From: Longimicrobiales bacterium
GTDB lineage: Bacteria; Gemmatimonadota; Gemmatimonadetes; Longimicrobiales; Gaopeijiaceae
NCBI GenBank assembly: GCA_965249725.1
Contig: CBDFMQ010000002.1
Coordinates: 2,400,001 to 2,464,000 of the forward strand
Reading direction: 5' to 3'
DNA: 64,000 nt
Made by a program: the position numbers and the translations under genes. Position 1 is the stretch's first letter, and each line of letters starts with the position of its first letter. The notes beneath the pieces were generated by a model. It was not told where the DNA came from. It saw only the letters and a list, made by a program, of their open reading frames with translations, and searched no databases. Below, one piece after another: positions 1-8,074 of this stretch.

Positions 1-1
1 A

Positions 2-469
2 GAGGCCACGGGCCTTCAGCGGGCGAGCCTCTACCACCGCTTTCCGGGTGGCAAGGCCGAGATGGCGGAGGCCGTCCTGCACCGCGCGGGTGAGTGGCTG
101 GCGTCGAACGCCCTCGCTCCCCTCGCGGAGTCCGGGCCGCCGGAGGACCGCCTCCGCCAAATGGCATCGAAGCTGGACGAGTTCTACGAGGGTGGGAAGC
201 GGTCCTGTCTGCTGGACGCCCTCTCGTTCGGTGTCGACGAGGGTGGAATCCGAGATTACCAGAAGGCTGGAATGGAGGCATGGATCGAGGCCATCGCCGC
301 AATGCTCCGGAAGTCGGGCCTCCCGGCGAAGACGGCGAGAGAGAGGGCGGAGGACGCGCTGATCCGCATCCAGGGTGGACTCGTGATGGCCCGAGCGAAG
401 GGCGACGTCCTCCCTTTCCAGCGGACCCTCAAGAACCTGCCTCAGGACCTCCTTCGGAAGCCGGAATAG
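2..469 (+). CDS. TetR/AcrR family transcriptional regulator (5' truncated by window edge)
   Basis: Frame upstream of ORF 62..469 reads EATGLQRASLYHRFPGGKAEM, the TetR HTH recognition helix. The C-terminal helical domain is LmrA/YxaF-like. Confidence 0.9.
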   Translation, partial: EATGLQRASLYHRFPGGKAEMAEAVLHRAGEWLASNALAPLAESGPPEDRLRQMASKLDEFYEGGKRSCLLDALSFGVDEGGIRDYQKAGMEAWIEAIAAMLRKSGLPAKTARERAEDALIRIQGGLVMARAKGDVLPFQRTLKNLPQDLLRKPE

Positions 470-525
470 ACATCATGCACCACTCACCCCGAGCGAAGCG
501 CTCTGTTCTATTTCCCAAGATCCTT

Positions 526-541
526 TACCGAACGTTCGGTA
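526..541. promoter_or_regulatory. Perfect 16-bp palindrome TACCGAACGTTCGGTA, candidate TetR operator
   Basis: Palindrome is seen directly, in the gap between tetR and the hydrolase gene. Confidence 0.7.
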
Positions 542-593
542 CATGGAATTCAAACCCAACACTACCACAACGATGACAAGGAGAGGCTGAACC

Positions 594-1250
594 ATGATGA
601 AGATCAACGCACAAGACACGGCACTCGTAGTCACCGATCCGCAGAACGACTTTCTCAGCCCAGACGGAGTGACCTGGGGAGTTGTCGGTGAAAGCGTCGT
701 CGAAAACGACACCGTCGAGCACATCGGCTCTCTCTTCAAGGCGGCGAAGGAGAACGGATTCCAGACCTTCATCTCGCCGCACTACTACTACCCCACGGAC
801 CACGGTTGGCAATTCGAGGGCACGCTCGAAAAGCTGATGCACGACATCAACATGTTCGACCGGAAAGGTGCCCTCGACCTCGACGGATTCGAAGGGTCGG
901 GCGCGGACTGGCTCGAGCGCTACAAGCCCTATATCGAAGCCGGCCAGACCGTCATCGTGAGTCCCCACAAGGTCTACGGTCCCGAAACCAACGACCTGGT
1001 TCTGCAGCTCCGCAAGCGAGGCATCGACAGGGTGATCCTGGCCGGGATGTCGGCCAACCTGTGCGTCGAATCCCACCTCAGGGAGCTCCTCGAGCAGGGC
1101 TTCGACGTCGGCGTCGTGAAAGACGCCACCGCCGCGGCCAAGACTCCCGACCTGGGAGACGGCTACGCCGCCGCACTCACCAACTACGGATTCATCGCCA
1201 ACGACGTCGTCACCACCGACGAGGCCGTGGCCGCGATGGAAGCAGCATGA
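594..1250 (+). CDS. Isochorismatase/cysteine hydrolase family protein
   Basis: ALVVTDPQNDF (catalytic Asp), HKVYGP (Lys) and GMSANLCVESH (Cys); RBS AGGAGAGG upstream. Confidence 0.9.
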   Translation: MMKINAQDTALVVTDPQNDFLSPDGVTWGVVGESVVENDTVEHIGSLFKAAKENGFQTFISPHYYYPTDHGWQFEGTLEKLMHDINMFDRKGALDLDGFEGSGADWLERYKPYIEAGQTVIVSPHKVYGPETNDLVLQLRKRGIDRVILAGMSANLCVESHLRELLEQGFDVGVVKDATAAAKTPDLGDGYAAALTNYGFIANDVVTTDEAVAAMEAA

Positions 1251-1291
1251 GCACCCGTCACCCTTCCCTACCACCCACTTGGAGACCTGTC

Positions 1292-1723
1292 ATGAACATC
1301 AAGCATCTCATCTTCGCAACGGCGATCGCCTCGGTACCGCTCCTTCCCGGCATCGCCTCGGCGCAGACCCCTGAACCCACGCTGTGGGGCATCTACGGCG
1401 CCCACAACCGGCACGACTGCCCGGTCAACAACCGTGAGACGGCCAAGGACGTCATCACGCTCAGCAAGACGGACCTGGGACCGTTGATGGAGAAGTACGG
1501 AGTTACCGCCGTCGTGGACCAGTATCACTCGGGTCTCGAGCACACGTTCCTCTGGGTCGTTGAGACCACGGCGCCCCACATGCTGGAGGAGTTCTCCATC
1601 GAGATGGGCGTTGCTCGCTGGAACGACCTGAAGTTCGTGCCCGAGCGCACGTTCGGCGACGTGATCACGGACATCACGGCGATACACGGACTCGAGGACT
1701 GGAAACCTGCCGCCAGTAACTGA
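1292..1723 (+). CDS. Secreted hypothetical protein (~143 aa)
   Basis: GGAG RBS, then ATG at 1292; signal peptide MNIKHLIFATAIASVPLLPGIASA-Q. The upstream part of ORF 806..1723 is an off-frame shadow. Confidence 0.75.
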   Translation: MNIKHLIFATAIASVPLLPGIASAQTPEPTLWGIYGAHNRHDCPVNNRETAKDVITLSKTDLGPLMEKYGVTAVVDQYHSGLEHTFLWVVETTAPHMLEEFSIEMGVARWNDLKFVPERTFGDVITDITAIHGLEDWKPAASN

Positions 1724-1739
1724 GGCCCCACCGCCCCGA

Positions 1740-1772
1740 CGGCCCCGGCTTCTGTGTCTCGAGGCCGGGGTC
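1740..1772 (+). terminator. GC-rich stem-loop after the secreted protein gene
   Basis: CGGCCCCGGCTTC...GAGGCCGGGGTCG can pair with G-U; there is no U-tract. Confidence 0.35.
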
Positions 1773-1839
1773 GCAGGGGTCGTCGGATCCCTCGGGACCG
1801 TCCCACGTATATCGCTCTCAGGGCTACAAGGAGCCGACC

Positions 1840-2280
1840 ATGGACTGGACCACCACGCTGCAGACCATTCGGAGTACTCGCAACGACCGCGCCGCGGCGG
1901 GCATACGAATCGCCGTAGGCGCCCTTTTCGTGATGACAGGCGTCATGAAGATCGCGGTGCCCGCGCTGGGAGCTGCGTTCGCAGGACAGCTCGCGGCTGC
2001 GGAGATCCCCTTCCAGGATATGAGTCGCTGGGTGGTGCCCTTCATGGAGATCGGAGTCGGGGCTGCGTTGATGATCGGCTTCTACACGAGGGTCGCTACT
2101 CTACTCGTGTTCAACATCATGATCGTTGCGACCTACGCGCACCTGGTCGTCAACGATCCCACACTATTCCCTCTCCAACCCGAGGAGCCGATCATACCCG
2201 CCGCGGTGATGGTGCTGTCAGCATACATCCTCCTGCGCGGTGGCGGCTCCGGCAGCTCAGATCTGAGGGCCTCGACATGA
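1840..2280 (+). CDS. DoxX family membrane protein
   Basis: RIAVGALFVMTGVMK...EIGVGAALMIGFYTR...GGGSGSSD; about four hydrophobic segments. Confidence 0.85.
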   Translation: MDWTTTLQTIRSTRNDRAAAGIRIAVGALFVMTGVMKIAVPALGAAFAGQLAAAEIPFQDMSRWVVPFMEIGVGAALMIGFYTRVATLLVFNIMIVATYAHLVVNDPTLFPLQPEEPIIPAAVMVLSAYILLRGGGSGSSDLRAST

Positions 2281-2942
2281 CCGACGAAACACGAATGGCG
2301 CTGGCGTCCGTGAACGTGGGTCTGCCCAGGACCGTTCCGTGGCGGGGCCAAGACGTCACCACCGGCATCTACAAGAGCCCGGTCGAGGGCCCGGTGGCCC
2401 TACGCGGACACAACCTGGCCGGGGACCGGCAGGCCGACCTCTCCGTGCACGGTGGGCCCACCAAAGCGGTCTACGTCTATCCGTCTCAACACTACGACTA
2501 TTGGCGGACCGAGCTACCGGATGTCGAGTTCGGGTGGGGCCATTTCGGCGAAAACTTCACCGTGGACGGCATGGACGAGGAGTCGGTGCACATCGGTGAC
2601 GAGTTCGGGATCGGAACGGCGCGTTTGGTGGTGACCGAGCCACGCATGCCGTGCTTCAAGCTGAATGTGCGCTTCGACCGCCCGGACATGGTAAAGCGGT
2701 TTCTCCACAGTCAGCGGAGCGGCTTCTATTTCGGTGTGCTGGAAGAGGGGGAGGTCGAGGCAGGCGATGCCATCGAGCTACTCTCGAGTCATCCCAACGA
2801 GCTGTCGGTTGCCGACGTCACGCGCCTGTATACGACTGAGAGGGATATCGTGGTGCTCTTGAAGAAGGCTGTGGCCACGACCACGCTACCCGACAGCTGG
2901 ACCGGGTTCTTCGAGCACCAGTTGGCAGGGTTGGAACCATAG
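2277..2942 (+). CDS. MOSC domain protein (YiiM-like, with C-terminal 3-alpha domain)
   Basis: GDRQADLSVHGGPTKAVY, FGENF, PRMPCFKL and SGFYFGVLEEG motifs; ATGA overlap with doxX. Confidence 0.9.
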   Translation: MTDETRMALASVNVGLPRTVPWRGQDVTTGIYKSPVEGPVALRGHNLAGDRQADLSVHGGPTKAVYVYPSQHYDYWRTELPDVEFGWGHFGENFTVDGMDEESVHIGDEFGIGTARLVVTEPRMPCFKLNVRFDRPDMVKRFLHSQRSGFYFGVLEEGEVEAGDAIELLSSHPNELSVADVTRLYTTERDIVVLLKKAVATTTLPDSWTGFFEHQLAGLEP

Positions 2943-2998
2943 GACGCGGGCCGAGCCAGAACAGGAGGGTGTGGGTCGGCTTGCTCATGTCGGCCCTC

Positions 2999-4399
2999 CT
3001 ACATGATCCTCCGGGTAGCCGCGAACCGCTGCAGAATCTCCAGCGTCATCGTCACTCCACGCCGCACGTTCTCCTCCGTGACCCGCTCGTCGTTCCCGTG
3101 CACCCCGCTCGCATCCGCCTGGGGCGTCGCCGTGGCCTCGTAGCCGTAGCTCACGATTCCGAGATCCCGGAAGAAGTGGCTGTCAGTGAACCCGCCCACT
3201 ACCTGAGGAACGAAGTTGGCCTCGGGAAAGACCTCGAGCGTCACGTCACGAATGGTGCGGTAGAGCTCGGTGTCGGTGGAAGAAACAGCGGGGCTGAATC
3301 CCATCATCACCTCGACCTCCACTTCGGGCCCGAGAACTCCGCGGAGCTCGGCGAGCCAGGCGTCGGGGTCCTGGTCGGGTAGGAGCCGACAGTCGATCTC
3401 CGCGGTCACCTCCGAGGATACGACGTTGATCTTCGGACTGCCCTCGAACCGAGTGATCGAGCACGTGTTGCGCGTGAGCGCGTGCAGCCCCGGATCATAC
3501 TCCTGGAGCTCGAGAAGGAGGCCGGGCTCGTCAAGGACCGACCCGAGGTCCGCGAAACGGGACCGCCACGGCTCGGGATGCCCCGCCGCCATGCCTTTCA
3601 GGTGCTCGTCCACCGACGGCACGATGCGTGCTTCGAAGCTGTGACGACGCAGCTGATCGAGTGCCTCGACCAGTTTGGTCGAGGCGTAGGAGACCAACGG
3701 TCTGGATCCGTGCCCCGGCTCACCAGAAGCGGTGACCTTGATCCAGTAGGGCACCTTCTGCGTGACCTCGAGGCCGAACTGAACGTTGCCGTCCACGTCC
3801 TCGCCGCCACCCCCCTCATTGAGAAGGAAGCCCACGCCTTCGAAGATCTCCGGCCTGTTCTCTGCGAGCCAACCCGCACCGAAGAATCCTCCGGCCTCCT
3901 CGTCCGCCGTGGCCATGAAGATCACGTCGCGCTGGAGTGGCGTGCCCGAACGATGGAGCGCCAGGAAGGAGGCGAGGTGCAAGATGCCGCTGGTCTTGGT
4001 GTCCAAGGCGCCGCGGCCGTAGATGTAGCCGTCCCTCAGGTCACCCGAGAGCGGGTCCGTGCTCCAGAAGCGTTCGTCAGCAGGCACGACGTCCATGTGA
4101 TGAAGCAGAACCATGGCGGGCTCGCTGCCCCCCTCGAGGCGGGCCCAGATGTTGCCTCGCCCCGGAGCGGACTCTGCGATCTCGTACGGAATCCCTTCCG
4201 CATCGAAGATCTCCGCGAAGAAGCGGGCCCCTCGGATCTCGTTCCCGGGCGGGTTGATCGTATTGATGCTGATGTAGTCCTGGAGCCACTGAACGGCCTC
4301 GTCCTGCAGGGAGGCCAGGTCTACCTGGGCGACAGCTCCGGTGGGCGCGAGCAGGGCGAGGGTCCCGAGTAGGGTCCACGTCGATAGGGGTGGGCGCAT
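2999..4399 (-). CDS. Secreted M20/M25/M40 family metallopeptidase/amidohydrolase
   Basis: Signal peptide; HHMDVVP, GRGALDTK, ADEEAGG, NEGG, GFTD and HGNDE motifs. Confidence 0.9.
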   Translation of the reverse strand: MRPPLSTWTLLGTLALLAPTGAVAQVDLASLQDEAVQWLQDYISINTINPPGNEIRGARFFAEIFDAEGIPYEIAESAPGRGNIWARLEGGSEPAMVLLHHMDVVPADERFWSTDPLSGDLRDGYIYGRGALDTKTSGILHLASFLALHRSGTPLQRDVIFMATADEEAGGFFGAGWLAENRPEIFEGVGFLLNEGGGGEDVDGNVQFGLEVTQKVPYWIKVTASGEPGHGSRPLVSYASTKLVEALDQLRRHSFEARIVPSVDEHLKGMAAGHPEPWRSRFADLGSVLDEPGLLLELQEYDPGLHALTRNTCSITRFEGSPKINVVSSEVTAEIDCRLLPDQDPDAWLAELRGVLGPEVEVEVMMGFSPAVSSTDTELYRTIRDVTLEVFPEANFVPQVVGGFTDSHFFRDLGIVSYGYEATATPQADASGVHGNDERVTEENVRRGVTMTLEILQRFAATRRIM

Positions 4400-4483
4400 C
4401 GTTTGGGTCCTGGTCTGATTGCGGGGGCCGCGGCGGTCACGGTGAGCATTCTAGCGAAGGCGACGAAGGCGAACCAACCCTCC

Positions 4484-4516
4484 ATAACGCCTGGCGTTAT
4501 TAACGCGTGGCGTTAA
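4484..4516. promoter_or_regulatory. Two tandem inverted repeats TAACGC-N3-GCGTTA, candidate HigA operators
   Basis: ATAACGCCTGGCGTTAT (4484-4500) and TTAACGCGTGGCGTTAA (4500-4516) lie directly upstream of higA. Confidence 0.75.
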
Positions 4517-4522
4517 GCTTCT

Positions 4523-4540
4523 CTTGTTGACTACCACTAG
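4523..4540 (+). pseudogene. 3' remnant of a deleted higB toxin gene (L-V-D-Y-H-stop)
   Basis: CTT GTT GAC TAC CAC TAG. HigB/RelE-type killer proteins typically end ...VDYH* immediately before higA. Confidence 0.6.
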
Positions 4541-4546
4541 GAGCCG

Positions 4547-4849
4547 GTGATGTCGAAAACGAAGATGGCACCCATACACCCGGGGGAGATCCTCCTGGAG
4601 GAGTTCCTCGAACCAATGGGGATCAGCCAATACAGGGTCGCGAAGGACACGAGCGTCCCGCCGCGCCGAATCAACGAGATCGTCCACGGGAAGCGGGCCA
4701 TCACCGCCGACACTGCCCTGCGACTCTCACGCTACTTCGGTACGTCCGAACGGTTCTGGCTCAATCTCCAGACCCGGTACGACCTGGAAGTCCAGAAGGA
4801 CCGACTGGGGGACCGCCTTGAACGGGAGGTGCTGGAACGCGTCGGTTAA
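4547..4849 (+). CDS. higA: HigA family addiction module antitoxin (HTH XRE)
   Basis: PIHPGEILLEEFL...RINEIVHGKRAITADTALRLSRYFGTSERFWLNLQTRYDL. Confidence 0.93.
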   Translation: MMSKTKMAPIHPGEILLEEFLEPMGISQYRVAKDTSVPPRRINEIVHGKRAITADTALRLSRYFGTSERFWLNLQTRYDLEVQKDRLGDRLEREVLERVG

Positions 4850-4882
4850 GCCTGCTCGGCAACCATGACGGCCGCCCCTCCC

Positions 4883-7591
4883 CTACTCTTCCCTCAGTGT
4901 GATCGCCGGATCCACACTCGCCGCCTTCCGTGCAGGCAGGAAGCTCGCCACGCCCGCAACCAGCATGGCCGCTAGAGGCATTCCGATGAATACGCCCATG
5001 TCCAGCGCGTTCACTCCATAGAGCAACGACTCCAGGAACCGCGTGACCCCTCCCGCGAGCAGCAGCCCCACGACCGAACCCACAACCGCCAGTCGGAGAC
5101 CCTGCCGCACCACCATTCGGACCACGTCGCGCTGGCTGGCCCCGAGCGCCATCCGCACGCCGATCTCGCCCGTGCGCTGGGCCACCAAGAACGTCATGAC
5201 CCCGTAGAGCCCCACGGAGGCCAGGAGCAGCCCGAGACCGCCGGCTATAGAGAGGAGCCATGAGGCGATCCGCTGCGGCAGTAGCGTCCCGGCCACGGCC
5301 TCGTTCACGGTCCGCAGCGAGGAGATCGGCAGCCTGGAGTTGATCGCCATGACCTCGGCCCGCATGGGACCCAGGAGATCTTCGGCGCGGTCCGGATCAG
5401 TGCGCGCGATGAGCGTCTGGGCGGCAGAAGGCGTTTGCGCCAGCGGAGTGAAGAACGCGATGCGCGGGTCCTCGTTGAGCGTGCGGTAAGCGGCGTCGGC
5501 CGCGACGCCTACCACCTGTGCATCGGCGTTGCCGCTCCAGTTGACCAGCTTGCCCAGAGGGTCTTCACCCGGCCAGAAGTACTCGGCGAACGCCGCGTTC
5601 ACGATCACCGCTTCGGCCCCTTCCGGCCCATCCTCGTCGGTGAACTCCCTGCCCGCACGGAGCGGTGTCCGCAGGGTGGCGAAGTAGCCAGGACTCACCG
5701 CGAAGAACTGGAACTCCATGTCCTCGCCTTCGAGCGGCTCGTAGCCGGGAACAGAGACGTCTCTCCGGCGACCCGCGGAGATGGTCAGAGGCAGCGCGTC
5801 CGTCAGGGCCGTGGACTCCACGCCCGGCAGCCCGGCTACACGTTCGTTCAGATCGTCGTAGAAGAGTCCTGCCTCCTCGACGCTGAACCCTTCACGCGCC
5901 AGGCTCAGGGATACGGTGGCCAGCCCCTCCGGCTCAAAGCCCGCGTCCAGCCGCATGGCGGACTGGAGGCTTTTCAAGAACAGTCCCGCGCCCACCAGAA
6001 GCACCAGGGAGGCCGAGACCTGGGCAACAACAAGGGCGTTCCTCAAGTTGAAGGAGCGGCGCGCCGCTCCGGATCCGTTGCCACCCTCCTTGAGGTCGGT
6101 CACCAGATCGGGCCGCGAGGCACGGAGTGCTGGAAGCAGCCCGACGGCAATGACCGTGAGCAGGGTCACGCCGATGCTGAAGATCAGCACCGTGCCGTCG
6201 ACTCCGAGGTCGAGCGAGATGGCGACCCCGGTGGCCGGGCGATACGACTCGGCGAACCGGATTCCCGCGAACGTCAGAGCAGCCCCGGCCAGACCGCCGA
6301 GCACTCCGACGATGCCGCTCTCGGCGAGCAACTGACGCACGATGCGGCCTCGACCGGCTCCCAGGGAAAGCCGCACCGCCAACTCGCGGTTGCGGCGCGA
6401 GGCCCGGGCGAGCGTCAGGTTGGCCATGTTCGCGCAGGCGATCAACAACACGATCCCCGTGACCGCCATCAGGAGGGCTGCGAACCCCTTTGCGGCGGTC
6501 TGAACCTGCGGCGGAAGGCGCGAGTCCTTGACCACGGAGATCCGACGCCCCTGCTCGCGGACGTCCGTCCAGGATCCCGGATCCTCTTCGAGGAGCTGCG
6601 AGGCCACGACATCGAGTTGAGCCTGGGCGGCTTCGATGCTCACGCCCTCATGCAAGCGGGCGCGAATCAAGGAGCCACGGGAACCCCTTCGCTGAAAGCC
6701 CCGGTCTCCCTGGATCAGCGCCTGGGTCGACACGGGGATCCAGAAGTCGGGGGTGACCAGCGGCAGCGACCCCGTGAAGCCGGCTGGCGCAACGCCCACG
6801 ATCGTGACCGTCTGCCCCGACAGGCGGGCCGTCCGCCCCAGAACCTGCGAATCCAGGCCGAAGGCGCGCTCCCACAGACCCTCGCTGATGACCGCGACGG
6901 ACACGGCCGACGTGGGGTCCCCCTCTTCTTCCGTGAACCAACGGCCGAGGCGGGGCGCCACGCCGAGCACGTCGAAGTAGTTGCCGCTCACGAACTCGGC
7001 GAGGCGGATCTGCGTGACCCCGTCCTCACCGGCCATGTTCACCACGCCCGGGCTCACCGCGAGGGCGTCTTCGATTCCGGGAGGCCGGTCCCGATAATCC
7101 ACGTAGTCCATGTAGGACGACGTTCCGAACGGGGGGCCAGAGAAGTCGGACGTCCAGATCGAGACGAGCTCGTCCGGGTTCACGATGTGTTCTGGCGCGC
7201 GTAGCAGCACGCCGTTGACCAGGCTGAAGATCGCCGTGTTCGCACCGATGCCGAGCGCCAACGTGAGCACACCGACAACCACGAACTCGCGAGCCTTCGA
7301 GAGTGAGCGCAGCGCAAAGCGCAGATCTTGTACCACTGCCTCCATCCTATTCCCCCTCGAGATCGTTCTGTCCCCATTCCGGCGTTTCGATCGAAGTCGA
7401 ATCGCCAGCTCCACCACGTCCGCCACGCCCCGGAACCAGGCGATGACCGCCAACGACACCGCCCGTCGCCAATGGACCCCGAGCGCTTCGAAGAACAGCT
7501 CCTCCATCTCGGCACCGTGCTTGGCCCGGAAGTCGGGCGGCAGAAGCCTCAGGAGGAGGCGGTAGGCCATGCGGCCCAACCTGTACTTCAT
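4883..7591 (-). CDS. ABC transporter permease, duplicated MacB/FtsX (ADOP-type)
   Basis: LTLALGIGANTAIFSLVN, VLLIACANMANL, ELAVRLSLGA and EIGVRMALGA motifs, giving two MacB_PCD+FtsX units. Confidence 0.92.
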   Translation of the reverse strand: MKYRLGRMAYRLLLRLLPPDFRAKHGAEMEELFFEALGVHWRRAVSLAVIAWFRGVADVVELAIRLRSKRRNGDRTISRGNRMEAVVQDLRFALRSLSKAREFVVVGVLTLALGIGANTAIFSLVNGVLLRAPEHIVNPDELVSIWTSDFSGPPFGTSSYMDYVDYRDRPPGIEDALAVSPGVVNMAGEDGVTQIRLAEFVSGNYFDVLGVAPRLGRWFTEEEGDPTSAVSVAVISEGLWERAFGLDSQVLGRTARLSGQTVTIVGVAPAGFTGSLPLVTPDFWIPVSTQALIQGDRGFQRRGSRGSLIRARLHEGVSIEAAQAQLDVVASQLLEEDPGSWTDVREQGRRISVVKDSRLPPQVQTAAKGFAALLMAVTGIVLLIACANMANLTLARASRRNRELAVRLSLGAGRGRIVRQLLAESGIVGVLGGLAGAALTFAGIRFAESYRPATGVAISLDLGVDGTVLIFSIGVTLLTVIAVGLLPALRASRPDLVTDLKEGGNGSGAARRSFNLRNALVVAQVSASLVLLVGAGLFLKSLQSAMRLDAGFEPEGLATVSLSLAREGFSVEEAGLFYDDLNERVAGLPGVESTALTDALPLTISAGRRRDVSVPGYEPLEGEDMEFQFFAVSPGYFATLRTPLRAGREFTDEDGPEGAEAVIVNAAFAEYFWPGEDPLGKLVNWSGNADAQVVGVAADAAYRTLNEDPRIAFFTPLAQTPSAAQTLIARTDPDRAEDLLGPMRAEVMAINSRLPISSLRTVNEAVAGTLLPQRIASWLLSIAGGLGLLLASVGLYGVMTFLVAQRTGEIGVRMALGASQRDVVRMVVRQGLRLAVVGSVVGLLLAGGVTRFLESLLYGVNALDMGVFIGMPLAAMLVAGVASFLPARKAASVDPAITLREE

Positions 7592-7968
7592 CCGGCAGCC
7601 TTGCCGGCGGCCACCCTCTCCAACGCCGCGCTCGCGAGCGACTGAAGTCGGTTGGCCTCTGCGGCGAGGATGCGGGCCCCCGACGGAGTGATTCGGTAGA
7701 TCCGCTTCCGTTCGCTCTCGCCCTTGGGTCGTCCAGCAGCCTCAGTGAGCTCCGCTATCCAATCCTTGCCCTCGAGATCCTCGAGCGAGCCGTACAGGGT
7801 AGCGGGCCACAGGCGCAGCTTGTCGTCTGTCTGATTGAGCACGGCGCGCACGATGCCAGAGCCGTGCTGCTCCTTCTCGGAAAGAGCGAGGAGGATGTGG
7901 AACCACTGAGGCTTCAGGGGCAGCGAGTCGGAGAGCTGTTCCCCATTGTGTCGGTGCTTACCGTCCAC
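7588..7968 (-). CDS. PadR family transcriptional regulator
   Basis: FHILLAL...HGSGI...PATLYGSL...RKRIYRITPSG; overlaps the start of the permease gene. Confidence 0.88.
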   Translation of the reverse strand: MDGKHRHNGEQLSDSLPLKPQWFHILLALSEKEQHGSGIVRAVLNQTDDKLRLWPATLYGSLEDLEGKDWIAELTEAAGRPKGESERKRIYRITPSGARILAAEANRLQSLASAALERVAAGKAAG

Positions 7969-7986
7969 GGTGTGTGTCTCCTGATG

Positions 7987-8019
7987 TTGTACTGTGCAGT
8001 ATTATATGAAACAGTACAA
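7987..8019 (-). promoter_or_regulatory. padR promoter: TATAAT -10 inside inverted repeat TTGTACTGT-N15-ACAGTACAA
   Basis: AT-rich island; repeat arms at 7987-7995 and 8011-8019; TATAAT on the minus strand at 8001-8006. Confidence 0.65.
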
Positions 8020-8074
8020 TAGAGAAACCCCGAGGACAAGTACCGAGGAACCTCCTGGGGATGCGCTGGCCGGA

